A stretch of 64,000 nt of DNA from a virus: positions 36,046 through 100,045 of the IMG/VR virus record IMGVR_UViG_3300037483_001148; one strand, 5' to 3'. Below, one piece after another: positions 23,383 to 33,788 of the stretch. Under the pieces are notes generated by a model. The model saw nothing but the letters and a program-made list of their open reading frames with translations. It had not been told where the DNA came from and searched no databases. The translations under genes were made by a program, and so were the position numbers. Numbering within the stretch: the stretch's first letter is position 1; every line of letters starts with the position of its first letter.

Positions 23383-23660
23383 AAGAAAGACCGTATGAGC
23401 CACTAGACATGACAACGGCTCTATGGCTTGAGATACCGACTTCTGTTGTACAGATAGACACACTTATCTTCTGTCAAAACCATTTGACTGTAGAAGGTTT
23501 GCTAAAGGCAGCTAAAGGTGAGGCAAGCTACTGTGGTGACACTTACCCTCATTTGGTAAGATTTAAGGGAAAGATATACATTGTAGATGGGCATCATCGG
23601 ATCGTAGTTGCTGTAGTACGTGGGCAAAGCATAATTGAAGCCCGACTATTAGAGAGGTAA
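23367..23660 (+). CDS. ParB/sulfiredoxin-like domain protein
   Basis: PHLVRFKGKIYIVDGHHRIV. Confidence 0.8.
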   Translation: MSNFIEERPYEPLDMTTALWLEIPTSVVQIDTLIFCQNHLTVEGLLKAAKGEASYCGDTYPHLVRFKGKIYIVDGHHRIVVAVVRGQSIIEARLLER

Positions 23661-23662
23661 AA

Positions 23663-23908
23663 GTGACTCAAGAAGAACAACTCAAGTTTGTGAACAAACT
23701 TATTGACAGAATTAAGGCTGAAATCTCTAAAAGTCCAGAATCAGACTTTTTCTACCATCTACTCTGGTGGCTTAAACAGTGTTGGCGACACAAACCTCGC
23801 CGTACAAAGTGTGGGGTTTGTGATAAAATAATATGGACTCATGGTGAGCCAATGCTAACTGTGTGTTCAACAAAATGCGGTGACAAATTAGTTTTAGAAA
23901 GGATTTAG
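23663..23908 (+). CDS. hypothetical treble-clef zinc protein
   Basis: CGVC...VCSTKC; GAGGT RBS. Confidence 0.6.
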   Translation: MTQEEQLKFVNKLIDRIKAEISKSPESDFFYHLLWWLKQCWRHKPRRTKCGVCDKIIWTHGEPMLTVCSTKCGDKLVLERI

Positions 23909-23910
23909 AA

Positions 23911-24339
23911 ATGTTAGACAAAAAAGAATTAAAACAAAAAGTGCTGAATGGGTCGGTAGTTGGTGAGGTTGTAGTTCGTAAACCTTATGTCTGTGTAGAG
24001 GTTTCCTATGACTTCAACGGAGCAACCATCGTTGGCTACGGTTTCTCCAAATGGAACACAATGGATATGGGCATGGTTGCCAGAGCCAGCAAAATGGTTG
24101 ATCGTTTGGACGGTAATGATAAGGATGATAATTACATGATGGCATCTGAGCTATTGGGTGCTGCCAAACGTATGCTTGAGAAACTTGATTGGTCTGAGCA
24201 GCGTGGTATTGAAATTGCAACAGGTCGTGCCAAAATGGATGTGGTTAAGCAGATTGTTGAACTAGACGAATTAAAGATTACCCATAAGAATTTGGGCAAA
24301 AGGTTAAAAATCCATGACCTACAAAGTAGTAGCTCTTAA
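23911..24339 (+). CDS. hypothetical phage protein
   Basis: GFSK...WSEQRGIEIATGRA. Confidence 0.7.
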   Translation: MLDKKELKQKVLNGSVVGEVVVRKPYVCVEVSYDFNGATIVGYGFSKWNTMDMGMVARASKMVDRLDGNDKDDNYMMASELLGAAKRMLEKLDWSEQRGIEIATGRAKMDVVKQIVELDELKITHKNLGKRLKIHDLQSSSS

Positions 24340-24550
24340 AGTAAAACTGGATGAAATGCCCAGGATGTTCAAAGTGCTTCGGGAAGCACATGGGTTTGCA
24401 GTTCATCAGTTGGCTTTTAAGCTAGGCAAACGGCCTAATACCATTTACAGTTATGAGCGTGGGGATCGGAAAATCCCCACCGAAATAATTGAAAAGATGG
24501 CCGAACTGTATAACTTGGAAGTGTGTTATCAACTCAGGAGAAAAAAATGA
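24314..24550 (+). CDS. XRE-family helix-turn-helix regulator
   Basis: LREAHGF..QLAFKLG...TIYSYERGDRKIP..IEKMAELY. Confidence 0.9.
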   Translation: MTYKVVALKVKLDEMPRMFKVLREAHGFAVHQLAFKLGKRPNTIYSYERGDRKIPTEIIEKMAELYNLEVCYQLRRKK

Positions 24551-24834
24551 TAATCTATGTACCCGATTTTGCATGGAACACACCATCTTTGGCAAAACTA
24601 GAAGTTAGCGAAACACCTCGAAAATTTAAGTATGGGCAAATGGAAATACTTTTTGGAACTAATTTTCTTTATGGAACAGTATTAGATAAGTCCAGACCTC
24701 ATTTTTCAACTCAAAAAGAAGCCTACAGTTGGCTAGTTAACAGATGTAATGAGTCGATTATGTCACATAGAAAAGCCATTGCTTTATTAGAAGCCGCTGT
24801 TTTAGAGATGGAGAATAGGGAAAATGCAGGATGA
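24523..24834 (+). CDS. hypothetical protein
   Basis: AGGAG before internal Met. Confidence 0.6.
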   Translation: MLSTQEKKMIIYVPDFAWNTPSLAKLEVSETPRKFKYGQMEILFGTNFLYGTVLDKSRPHFSTQKEAYSWLVNRCNESIMSHRKAIALLEAAVLEMENRENAG

Positions 24835-25225
24835 ATTAGTAAAACTTATTGCCGACTTTCTGGTAGAAAAGAAGGAATCAAATGGTGGTTACGCTCCGGT
24901 TGAAACTGAGGAAGTCCATACACTTAATGTAATAATTACCAGACTACTTGAAGCCAAATACGAGCGTGATCCAGACGGTGCTTTGCCGATTGACTGGGTG
25001 TTAGTAGACCGGACCAGAGAATATCACCCGTTTTTACATTATTCATCTATGCGTTATGCACATAACCTGAAAACGTTAGGAGAGTTTATATATCAATTGA
25101 GAGATGCTGAAAAGAACCTGGCGATGGCTCAAAACGAAATGTCCACTCTTGTTAATTATATGGGAGTTCTGATACACCAAACAAGTGAGCTAAAAGAACT
25201 TACAGTTAATAAGCAACATGACTAA
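24824..25225 (+). CDS. hypothetical protein
   Basis: Coupled ORF. Confidence 0.65.
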   Translation: MQDELVKLIADFLVEKKESNGGYAPVETEEVHTLNVIITRLLEAKYERDPDGALPIDWVLVDRTREYHPFLHYSSMRYAHNLKTLGEFIYQLRDAEKNLAMAQNEMSTLVNYMGVLIHQTSELKELTVNKQHD

Positions 25226-25502
25226 CATAAAACATTTTCCACCTATCAGAAAAAAGCGCCTTCATGCCGATACTTCCTTTGTGCAGAAAGCCAATGAAGT
25301 TTTTAATTGTATCGAAAACATTAACAAGCTTCATGCTGAACACAAATTCTGTGACAAATGGGGCAACGAAATCAAAGTAGGTGACAGAGTGAAGTGGACT
25401 CTTAGTCCTTATCCTATAGGTACAATCAACCGGCTTGATAGGGATTACATTTACACTGAGTATGGCCGGTGGCATTGGAGCAGGGTAGAGGTTGTGGAAT
25501 GA
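25218..25502 (+). CDS. hypothetical protein, C-terminal SH3/KOW-like
   Basis: DKWGNEIKVGDRVKW. Confidence 0.6.
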   Translation: MTNIKHFPPIRKKRLHADTSFVQKANEVFNCIENINKLHAEHKFCDKWGNEIKVGDRVKWTLSPYPIGTINRLDRDYIYTEYGRWHWSRVEVVE

Positions 25503-25768
25503 ACGGCTGGCTATCACCAAGAGCAAGGTTCTTTCCCTGTAAGGTAGGTGAGCATGGAGATGAAATTAAAAAGCTCCCTACCAAGCCGGGGCAAACTTGG
25601 GTGGCTATTCATCCACAGGGAGCTTTTTCCGAAAGACCATTAACCAGGATGCAAATAAAATGGTTACAAAAGTCCCTGACTGTTATTAGAGATTTTCAAT
25701 ACAAAGAACTGGTGGAGTGGTTACTTGAAAAACAAGAGGAGCTTAGAAATGTGGGTAATGATAATTAA
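25499..25768 (+). CDS. hypothetical protein
   Basis: MNGWLSPRARFFPC..EH; ATGA overlap. Confidence 0.6.
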   Translation: MNGWLSPRARFFPCKVGEHGDEIKKLPTKPGQTWVAIHPQGAFSERPLTRMQIKWLQKSLTVIRDFQYKELVEWLLEKQEELRNVGNDN

Positions 25769-26348
25769 AAACCTGCCAATTCAAAATCCGCCGCCACGTT
25801 ATAGTATCTTCTGGTCAATACCCTGGCCTTCTGAGGATGCGATGATACTTAATAGCCTGGAATTTGTTAAAAGCGAAATGAACCAAGACGATGAATTTCC
25901 ACCAGCCGGTTTTTCCAGAAAACGAAAAAGACGTGAGTTTGACCCGACCATTAAGCAAACTGATCATGCTATTTATTCTTCAAATGATACTGTGTTTGGT
26001 TGTGCTACCCCTAACTGGTTTGGAGCAAGAGCTATTATGTATGGTGGGGAAAAGATTCGAGTTTTTCCTCATGAATTTGCAGTTCAGCCACCTGAGCAAA
26101 TGAATTACTTCATCAATCAAGAAGAAGCTTTTAATCTTGTACCAGATAATGTAGCTGAGGAAAGAAGTGTAAATGCTATCCTTGATGGGGAGTTAAAACC
26201 TATCTATGAGGCAGCTTTACTTGAGGGAGCAAATCATAATCAGGCATTACTTGTTGCCCTTGAAAAAGATATTACTATACCGGATGCTGATTTCCCACCG
26301 ATTGGCTATTACCTGTTGAAAGAAGAGTGGAGAGAATACTTACCATGA
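25725..26348 (+). CDS. hypothetical protein
   Basis: 207-aa ORF coupled to the polymerase. Confidence 0.7.
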   Translation: MKNKRSLEMWVMIIKNLPIQNPPPRYSIFWSIPWPSEDAMILNSLEFVKSEMNQDDEFPPAGFSRKRKRREFDPTIKQTDHAIYSSNDTVFGCATPNWFGARAIMYGGEKIRVFPHEFAVQPPEQMNYFINQEEAFNLVPDNVAEERSVNAILDGELKPIYEAALLEGANHNQALLVALEKDITIPDADFPPIGYYLLKEEWREYLP

Positions 26349-28243
26349 CCCGATTCTTTCTCGACTTTGAAACTTTTTGGGATAGCAATTATTCCCTATC
26401 CGGCCCAAACGCTTTGCCAATTGATAACTATGTCATGGATGATCGTTTTCACATTCATGGTGTTGCTATTAAAAAAGACGATCAGCCAAGTCAATGGTAT
26501 ACTGGTGACATGGTTGAAAAAGCTATCAATCGGCTCAAGGCTTATCCTGATGCCACTTTAATAGCCCACAATATGTACTTCGATGGATTCATTCTCACCC
26601 AAAAGTTCGGCATTAAAGCATATCGCTGGCTATGTACCATGTGCATGGGGAAGGGCTTATTTGGTCCTGATATTTCCAACAGCCTTGATTCTGTTTCTTC
26701 CAGATTAGGCACAGGTGAAAAGGGCAATGCCCTGGTGGATACAAAAGGTAAGTTACATCTTAGCGAAGCTGAGTTAAAAAAGCTTGGCGAGTATGCTTGC
26801 AATGACAATGAAATATGTGCCGCTTCCTATGCCAAAATGATTCCAAATTATCCTGAAGGTGAGTTAAGGTTGATAGACCTGACCTTGAGGATGTTCATTG
26901 AGCCGAGACTTGAGCTAGACCATGAGCTACTGGAAAACTATTACAATTCCATTGTAGCCGATAAGATGAAGGTATTGGCTGATCTGCAATGGATTGTACC
27001 ATATCTACCATCGAGTGGGCAGGTATCGTTTTTTGAGGAAGACCCCACCGAAAAAATCAAAAAGGCTTTAATGTCAGACCAGCAATTTGCTGAACTACTG
27101 ACCAAACTAAACATAAAAGTTCCTACAAAAACAAGCAAAAAGACCGGCGAAAAAACAACAGCTTTTGCCAAAACAGATACCGGCTTCAAGAATGTGCTTA
27201 AGGGTGATGACCAAAGAGCCATTCAGCTTTTCACAGCCAAACAGGAACTTAGCAGTACTATTACTGAGACACGAAGCCAATCGCTACTCAATGTTGGCAA
27301 ACGCTCTTTGCCGGTTCAATTGATATATTTCGGCACTCATTCAAGCCGATGGTCTGGTGGTGGGAAACGAAACCTTCAGAACTTGCCGAAAGTGGGGGAT
27401 ATTCGTAAAGCCATTATTGCCCCTAAAGGCTACAAACTGGGGATTGCTGATTCATCTCAGATCGAGGCCAGGTTGACCGCCTATGTTGCCAGTAAATTAG
27501 CCGGGGTTGAGTGTGAGCTACTTAAATGGTTCAAGCAAGGTTTAGACCCCTACTGTGAATTTGGTACGCGCTTCTTTGGTCGGACGATTACTAAAGAGGA
27601 TAAGTTTGACCGGTTTGTTTCAAAACAATGTGTCCTCGGTCTAGGATTTCAGATGTCGGCAGCTAAGTTTGCTTTACATATGAAAAACCTGGCTGATAAG
27701 GATTTTGAACCTGAGTTCTGCCAAAACGCTGTATCGTTTTACCGCAATACTTTCCCTGAAATTCCATCTCTATGGTATCACATGCAAAGAATGTTACAGG
27801 TGGTTTTGGACAAAGGATTTATGGACTTTGGCTTTTGGGGTATTGATGAAAAAGGCATTTTGCTACCATCGGGGATGCATGTGCAGTATCATCAACTTCG
27901 TAAACTACCGGCAAACCCAAGCGAAGGAAGAAAATGGGATGAGTTTGAGTATTTTGGCTGGAAGGAAAAACGAAAACAATGGGTTAAAGTATATGGTGGT
28001 TTGGTAGCTGAGAACTTAATTCAAGCTCTGGACAGACAAATAGTAGCCGAACAAATGCTTGTTATAAACGAAAGATATAAAGTAGTACATAATGAGCATG
28101 ATGGAATTATTTGCCTCATTCCTGATGCTGAAGCCGAAGAAGGGATTCAGTGGGTGCAAGAGGTTATGTCTACGCCGCCGAATTGGGCAATAGATTTTCC
28201 GGTTGCAGCCGAAAGCCATTTGAGTGACAGATATGATAAATAA
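26345..28243 (+). CDS. polA: phage family A DNA polymerase with 3'-5' exonuclease
   Basis: ExoI LDFET, ExoII AHNMYFD, ExoIII YACND; RWSGG..NLQNLP; motif A ADSSQIEAR; motif B RFVSKQCVLGLGF; motif C HDG. Confidence 0.93.
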   Translation: MTRFFLDFETFWDSNYSLSGPNALPIDNYVMDDRFHIHGVAIKKDDQPSQWYTGDMVEKAINRLKAYPDATLIAHNMYFDGFILTQKFGIKAYRWLCTMCMGKGLFGPDISNSLDSVSSRLGTGEKGNALVDTKGKLHLSEAELKKLGEYACNDNEICAASYAKMIPNYPEGELRLIDLTLRMFIEPRLELDHELLENYYNSIVADKMKVLADLQWIVPYLPSSGQVSFFEEDPTEKIKKALMSDQQFAELLTKLNIKVPTKTSKKTGEKTTAFAKTDTGFKNVLKGDDQRAIQLFTAKQELSSTITETRSQSLLNVGKRSLPVQLIYFGTHSSRWSGGGKRNLQNLPKVGDIRKAIIAPKGYKLGIADSSQIEARLTAYVASKLAGVECELLKWFKQGLDPYCEFGTRFFGRTITKEDKFDRFVSKQCVLGLGFQMSAAKFALHMKNLADKDFEPEFCQNAVSFYRNTFPEIPSLWYHMQRMLQVVLDKGFMDFGFWGIDEKGILLPSGMHVQYHQLRKLPANPSEGRKWDEFEYFGWKEKRKQWVKVYGGLVAENLIQALDRQIVAEQMLVINERYKVVHNEHDGIICLIPDAEAEEGIQWVQEVMSTPPNWAIDFPVAAESHLSDRYDK

Positions 28244-28406
28244 ATTACTGGGTTATGCTCTAAAAACAGTATGTAAAAAGTGTAACCATGCTTCTATTGG
28301 TGGTTTAACACTGTGCAAACTGTATTGTGAAAAATGTGGTTCAAGGCAAGTTACTATTATTCGCTCACAGGAGCATCCAGTTTATGGAGATAAGGTGTGC
28401 AGTTAA
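28224..28406 (+). CDS. small zinc-ribbon protein
   Basis: CKKC...CEKC. Confidence 0.5.
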   Translation: MTDMINKLLGYALKTVCKKCNHASIGGLTLCKLYCEKCGSRQVTIIRSQEHPVYGDKVCS

Positions 28407-28530
28407 ATGGAAATTCCATTTAGGATTATTCAATATATGTTTGTTATCTTTTTTGGTTCACTGATGATTATTATAATAGCTGCTTTATGTATTTCAGTTT
28501 ACAGCATGTATCTAAACATAGGATGTTAAA

Positions 28531-28812
28531 ATGATAATCAAAGAAGGCACTAAACTTACTATAACCCACAAGCGAAGCGGCACATGGAAAGCTATTGCTC
28601 TGAATGACTTCGATACTGACATGGAAACCTTCTGGCCGGTTGTACTGGATGAGGGTCAGATTGTCAAAGGGGTAAGCATTACACGCTCCTTACAGCCCTG
28701 GCGGGAAGGTGATGTAATGCCTTGCCGGGGTACACTTGTAGAAAAATATGAGCAAACAGGGTCTATTTTCGATGATGACCATCAAACTGATTCCGTTCAA
28801 ATTCGAGACTAA
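28531..28812 (+). CDS. hypothetical protein
   Basis: AGGA RBS. Confidence 0.65.
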   Translation: MIIKEGTKLTITHKRSGTWKAIALNDFDTDMETFWPVVLDEGQIVKGVSITRSLQPWREGDVMPCRGTLVEKYEQTGSIFDDDHQTDSVQIRD

Positions 28813-28813
28813 A

Positions 28814-29593
28814 ATGAACTTAATTGTAGATGCCAATAGTTTGATAACCAGGAGTTTTCATGCGTTTCCTGAGAACGAGGAAAAGACATGGGCTATTTAC
28901 GGCTTTCTGAATATGCTCCTGGACATCGTTAAGAAGTACAATCCCAAGACCATCCATTTTTGCTTTGACGATAGAGATAATTGGCGTAAAGTCTTTTATC
29001 CCGAATATAAGTGCAACCGGAAGCCGAAGCCTGAGTTTCTACCTTATCAGATTGACCTCCTTAAAACTACTCTGAAGCGAGTTGGATTGTCTATCTATCA
29101 GCATCCGAGTGCTGAGGCCGATGATTTGATTGCAACCTTATGTAATGATTTACGGGGTGAGCATACCATATTATCGAGTGACAAAGACCTGATTCAACTG
29201 GTAGGTGTCGGCACAACTTATATTCGCTACACTGACCATTTCCGAAATCATGAAGTTTTGACGCTGGAAAAGGTTGAAGAAAAATATGGCTTTGGGCCGG
29301 ATAAGATAAAAGAATACATGGCTTTGTTGGGGGATGTCAGTGACAACATCCCTGGTGTTAAAATGATCGGCCCAAAGAAAGCCAAAAAACTGATTCAAGC
29401 CTATGGCTCAGTCTACAAGATAGGAATTACTAAAGATAACGACCCCGATGCATGGACAGTTAGGAGGTTAATAGACAAAGCTGAACTATCATTAAAACTG
29501 GTTACTTTAAGTATTATTCCTCAATTAAAGCCCCAAAGCGGCGATTATACAGTTAGCCAGTTACATAAAGTAGCTGAGATTGTAAGAGGTTAA
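28814..29593 (+). CDS. 5'-3' exonuclease / flap endonuclease (PolI N-terminal-like)
   Basis: LIVDANSL, WRKVFYPEYKCNR, EADDLIAT, SSDKDLIQL, GDVSDNIPGV..IGPKKA. Confidence 0.95.
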   Translation: MNLIVDANSLITRSFHAFPENEEKTWAIYGFLNMLLDIVKKYNPKTIHFCFDDRDNWRKVFYPEYKCNRKPKPEFLPYQIDLLKTTLKRVGLSIYQHPSAEADDLIATLCNDLRGEHTILSSDKDLIQLVGVGTTYIRYTDHFRNHEVLTLEKVEEKYGFGPDKIKEYMALLGDVSDNIPGVKMIGPKKAKKLIQAYGSVYKIGITKDNDPDAWTVRRLIDKAELSLKLVTLSIIPQLKPQSGDYTVSQLHKVAEIVRG

Positions 29594-29594
29594 A

Positions 29595-29852
29595 GTGCCA
29601 TTAAAAGAGTATTCTGATGACGAACTTAAAGCCGAACTTGATCGGCGTATCAAAAAAGATGAAATCAAGCTTCCTCAAGAGTTAGAGCAGAAGGATTGGT
29701 CTATGGTTGAATCTTTATGTCGGGGTTATTTAGATTCAATCAGAGAAAAAGGTTGGGTAGATGAAGATATGGCCCAATATATTTTTGAGGCAGCTATAGA
29801 AGCTGTTTATGGCAAAAAAGTGTTTGAATTTATAAACAAGAAAAGAGGTTAA
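29595..29852 (+). CDS. hypothetical protein
   Basis: GAGG RBS, GTG start. Confidence 0.7.
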   Translation: MPLKEYSDDELKAELDRRIKKDEIKLPQELEQKDWSMVESLCRGYLDSIREKGWVDEDMAQYIFEAAIEAVYGKKVFEFINKKRG

Positions 29853-29853
29853 A

Positions 29854-30630
29854 ATGTACGCAAAATTCTGGTGTGATAAAGAAAAAGTTGATGGTATCAT
29901 TTCGGTTGCCAAAGCTTATCTGGCTGTTTTAACCGAAAGAACCGAAACACTACGAAAAACCAATAATCTGACCGATGAAGAATCTGACCTATTCCGGCAT
30001 CAAGCCAAGCAAGCTGATGAGGTATACAGGACCATTGAAGGTTTTGAATGGTCTGTAAAATCGGGTGACACTGACCAAACCGAAAATGAACAACTTGCGG
30101 CTATAAATGCCTGGATCAAGGAAGAACTGGTTAAGCATAGCCGAGGCATGCATGTAGGGGATTTGGTCAAATCTCTTAAAGCCTATTTCAAAGATGTCAT
30201 TGATGAGAAAGAAAACGCCTACAAGGTTTTTGCTACCCTGGCCGATGACATGCGGGTAAAACTATTAGCTGTTCAATTCCTGTTAGAGCAAGCCGAGCAT
30301 GGGGCTACTCATCGGGAAAAGAACTATCGAATCAACCAAATTAACCAGACCATAACCACCCTCATTGAAAACCTGGGTCGGGTAGATAAAAACAATCCTC
30401 GCGATTACTACTATCACATAAGCCGAAGCAATGTTGGCTCATGGGATTATGTTCAGACCCTAACTGAAATGCACCATCGCAAAACTGAACTGGAAAATCT
30501 GAAAAAAGAAGTCGAGCAATTGAGGTTGGATAACGCAGCTTTGGGTGATACCATTAGTGATCTTCAACAAAACAAACTGGAAGAAAAACCGGCTCAAAGA
30601 AGTTATGATAATGACAATATTCCGTTTTAA
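29854..30630 (+). CDS. coiled-coil protein with SSB-like acidic C-terminal tail
   Basis: Ends DNDNIPF; helical, no recognisable OB fold. Confidence 0.65.
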   Translation: MYAKFWCDKEKVDGIISVAKAYLAVLTERTETLRKTNNLTDEESDLFRHQAKQADEVYRTIEGFEWSVKSGDTDQTENEQLAAINAWIKEELVKHSRGMHVGDLVKSLKAYFKDVIDEKENAYKVFATLADDMRVKLLAVQFLLEQAEHGATHREKNYRINQINQTITTLIENLGRVDKNNPRDYYYHISRSNVGSWDYVQTLTEMHHRKTELENLKKEVEQLRLDNAALGDTISDLQQNKLEEKPAQRSYDNDNIPF

Positions 30631-30639
30631 TGGTGAATT

Positions 30640-31716
30640 ATGAGATTTGCTCATTTCGGGGATGTCCATCTCGGCTATCATCAATATGGTCTGGATCAAC
30701 GAGCGCAAGATATTGCCAATGCATTTTTGTGGGTTTGCAATAAGGTAAACGAAGAAAGGTGTGACTTTGCTATTTTAAGCGGCGATTTGTTTCATCACCG
30801 TTATGTTGATCCAGTATCACTGTCTGTAGCCTCTGAAGGTTTACGAATAATTAATTGCCCCATTTATATGATTAAGGGAAACCACGAGAAAATGAGGACA
30901 GCCTATGAAACCGACTGGATAGACTATTTGGTTAGTGAGAAACTGGTTATTCTGGCAGAACCAACCGGGGTATCGTTTTATATGGGGGAGCATTGTCGGC
31001 AAAAGGATAGGAGACATAACCACTATGTTACTGTTTTTGGGGTAGACTGGGTAGGTATGGCAACGGACCAAATAGTATCAAATCTTGTAATCCCATCAGG
31101 GTTTGCCGGTGACTTTTTCATCTTGATGCTCCATGCGGGGATGGAAGATGTTTTGCCTAAAAATCACCCTGGCATGCTGTCTTATGAAACAATTCGTAAG
31201 TTTATGGACCGGGTTGATTATGTAGCTCTTGGACACATTCACAAGCCTCATTTGGATGGCTGGATTTTTAACGGAGGGAGTTTGGAAACTATAGCCTCGG
31301 ATGAGTATAAATGGCCGGATAGGGGTTTAATTGTAGTTGATGTAAATGAAGATAAGTCGTTCACCACCCAACTTCACGTTCCCCCAAGAAGGTCGTTTTT
31401 TACTCATACTCCGGTAAAAGATGGTATTCCTTTTGATCCGCGTATTTTGTTCAAGGATGCTGTAGTCATCGTCAATGGCACTCAAGCCGATGTTGATTTT
31501 ATCAAAGCTAACAGTGATCCACTATACATAAAGCTAAATCTGGTTAAAGATGAAAAGCGGCATGTAGAAGTTCAACCATCCCTGAATAAAGTTACAATGG
31601 AGTTAGATGCAATCAAGCAATTAACAGACTTGCCCTCAGAAAAAGTATTAGATATGAAAGGATTAAAAGATGGCAAAGAAATATGGTCAACAGCCGATAA
31701 GCTTTATAGAGCTTAA
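30640..31716 (+). CDS. sbcD: SbcD/Mre11 metallophosphoesterase nuclease
   Basis: GDVHLG, SGDLFH, GNHE, LH, ALGHIH. Confidence 0.92.
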   Translation: MRFAHFGDVHLGYHQYGLDQRAQDIANAFLWVCNKVNEERCDFAILSGDLFHHRYVDPVSLSVASEGLRIINCPIYMIKGNHEKMRTAYETDWIDYLVSEKLVILAEPTGVSFYMGEHCRQKDRRHNHYVTVFGVDWVGMATDQIVSNLVIPSGFAGDFFILMLHAGMEDVLPKNHPGMLSYETIRKFMDRVDYVALGHIHKPHLDGWIFNGGSLETIASDEYKWPDRGLIVVDVNEDKSFTTQLHVPPRRSFFTHTPVKDGIPFDPRILFKDAVVIVNGTQADVDFIKANSDPLYIKLNLVKDEKRHVEVQPSLNKVTMELDAIKQLTDLPSEKVLDMKGLKDGKEIWSTADKLYRA

Positions 31717-31903
31717 ACTAATGCAGGAAAAAGAAAAACTGATTGAAGCCCTCCAACCTTTTGCTTCCTTTGGGCCGGATGTAGCCGGACTACATGACAA
31801 TCAGGCGTTTATGGGTGCGGCTCAGATAAAAGCCGGTCATTTCAAAAAAGCATACCAACTTCTACAGGAACTAAAATTAAATGTTAAAAAAACTAATCCT
31901 TGA
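31670..31903 (+). CDS. hypothetical protein
   Basis: Short ORF between sbcD and sbcC. Confidence 0.5.
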   Translation: MAKKYGQQPISFIELKLMQEKEKLIEALQPFASFGPDVAGLHDNQAFMGAAQIKAGHFKKAYQLLQELKLNVKKTNP

Positions 31904-33788
31904 TAATTTCAAATCTCATGCTCATACTATTATTGACTTTACTCCCGGTTTGAACGTAATTGTTGGTGAAAATGGCTCAGGTAAATCATCCATCTTCCAG
32001 GCCATTGGGATTGGACTGTTTAACAGCATCCATGCTATGAAGAACCTGGTCAAGGATAAACAAAGTTTTGCTACTATTGAAATATGGTTTGAACATGGGG
32101 GGAAATGTTATAAGTCGATCCGAAGCTTCGGCTCATATTCTTCCTGGCAAATTTTTGAAGATTTTGACCTTGTAGCCGATGGTGAAAAAGCAGTTACGAT
32201 AGTTTTATCCCAACTATTTGGTCTATCTGAACTGATGGATTTACCTACCTTCTTCAATGAATTACTTGGGGTAGGTCAATTTAATATGGTTGCTCCTTTT
32301 GCTCAAAGCCCAGGCCCTCGGAAGCAATTCTTTAATCGGGTTTTGGGGGTAGATGAATATGATTTGACTAACCAGAATCTTAGAGTCGGGGAGAGGTATG
32401 GTGAAGAAGCAATTCAAACCAATGAGGTTGAACTTGCTCGATTGCAAGTTGAGCAGGAATACTACCAAAAAGCTATGCTGGAAAAAGTTCAACTTGAAAC
32501 GAAACGAGCCGATTTGTTATTGCAACTGAGCATTTTTGGAAAAACACAAAACGAGTTGGCTATCCAATTGGATGAGTTGGATCAGGAACAAACAAAATAT
32601 AATACCCTAAAACTGGAACTGGAAAAACTGAATCGCGACAAGGAGTATCTGTCTGTTCAACTAAACGCCTCTATACAGCTACTTGAGTTTGCAGAAGCAG
32701 AATTTCAGGAAGTAGAAGACGCTATAAGCATCTTACCTAAACTGGAAGCTGAAGTTACTGTCATCAAACAGATTGAAAAGAAAAATTTCGAGAATCAGCA
32801 TGCCTATGATATAGGCGAAGCTGAGTGTAACGCAAGGTTTGAGGAATTAAACGAGCGTAAAGAAAGACTTTACGCTATTGAAGAGTGTCCTATTTGTGGC
32901 ACAAAAATATCCAACAGGAAAGCCAGAGAACTTCTTTCAGACATCGAGCAACAAATCATGGCTCTTGAATTTCCAAGCAATATTCAGGAGTATGCACCAG
33001 AATATCCGGTTAACCTGGAAGTAACCAGGGTAATGGCTAGAGGACTTAAGAAAGTAGAACAAAAATTAGCCAAGCGAAAAGAGGAAGTATCCGGTTTTCA
33101 GCAACAGCTAGACATAGTAGAGGCAGAAATCAAAGGGATTGTTTTGCCTGTATTTGATGAAGAAAGTTACAAAAAATTGGTCAATGACCATACTACCTGT
33201 AGCATAGAAGTAGCAAGAGCTAATTCGTTGCTGGATGACCTATATACTCGTTTGGATAAACTGGAAAAATTGCCTGATCCCGGCTTGGCTGTTGATTCAT
33301 TATCCAACCGACTACAACAGCAAAAAAACACCCTGGAAACACTTAAATCCATTCGCTCAGTTTTTAAGCAGCTAGGGCCGGTTATGGCTGGACGGTTGCT
33401 TGAGCAAATAAACTATGAAGCAAAAATCATATTTTATGATCTTTTGGGTGAGCATTACAATGTTGAAGTATCCATTGATGCTGATTACGGTATTGAAACA
33501 AACATAGATGGTAACAGTGTTTCATTCTATTATTTATCGGGTGGGCAACAGGTTTGTTTGGCGTTAGCTATCCGGCTAGCTTTACTCAAAGCGGTATCAG
33601 GGCTGGATTTGATGTTAATAGATGAGCCATTCGACTCATTGGATAATCTCAGCAAAGAAGCGGTAGTAAAAGCGTTGTCCAATCTGGCAATCGAACAATT
33701 CATCATCATCACCCATGATGACAGCTTTGATGCTGATAATCTAATCAAACTGGAACTTAAGAATGGGATAAGTGAGTATCTACAATGA
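31881..33788 (+). CDS. sbcC: SbcC/Rad50 SMC-like ATPase
   Basis: GENGSGKSS, coiled coil with CPIC zinc hook, LSGGQ, LIDEPFDSLD, ITHD. Confidence 0.93.
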   Translation: MLKKLILDNFKSHAHTIIDFTPGLNVIVGENGSGKSSIFQAIGIGLFNSIHAMKNLVKDKQSFATIEIWFEHGGKCYKSIRSFGSYSSWQIFEDFDLVADGEKAVTIVLSQLFGLSELMDLPTFFNELLGVGQFNMVAPFAQSPGPRKQFFNRVLGVDEYDLTNQNLRVGERYGEEAIQTNEVELARLQVEQEYYQKAMLEKVQLETKRADLLLQLSIFGKTQNELAIQLDELDQEQTKYNTLKLELEKLNRDKEYLSVQLNASIQLLEFAEAEFQEVEDAISILPKLEAEVTVIKQIEKKNFENQHAYDIGEAECNARFEELNERKERLYAIEECPICGTKISNRKARELLSDIEQQIMALEFPSNIQEYAPEYPVNLEVTRVMARGLKKVEQKLAKRKEEVSGFQQQLDIVEAEIKGIVLPVFDEESYKKLVNDHTTCSIEVARANSLLDDLYTRLDKLEKLPDPGLAVDSLSNRLQQQKNTLETLKSIRSVFKQLGPVMAGRLLEQINYEAKIIFYDLLGEHYNVEVSIDADYGIETNIDGNSVSFYYLSGGQQVCLALAIRLALLKAVSGLDLMLIDEPFDSLDNLSKEAVVKALSNLAIEQFIIITHDDSFDADNLIKLELKNGISEYLQ

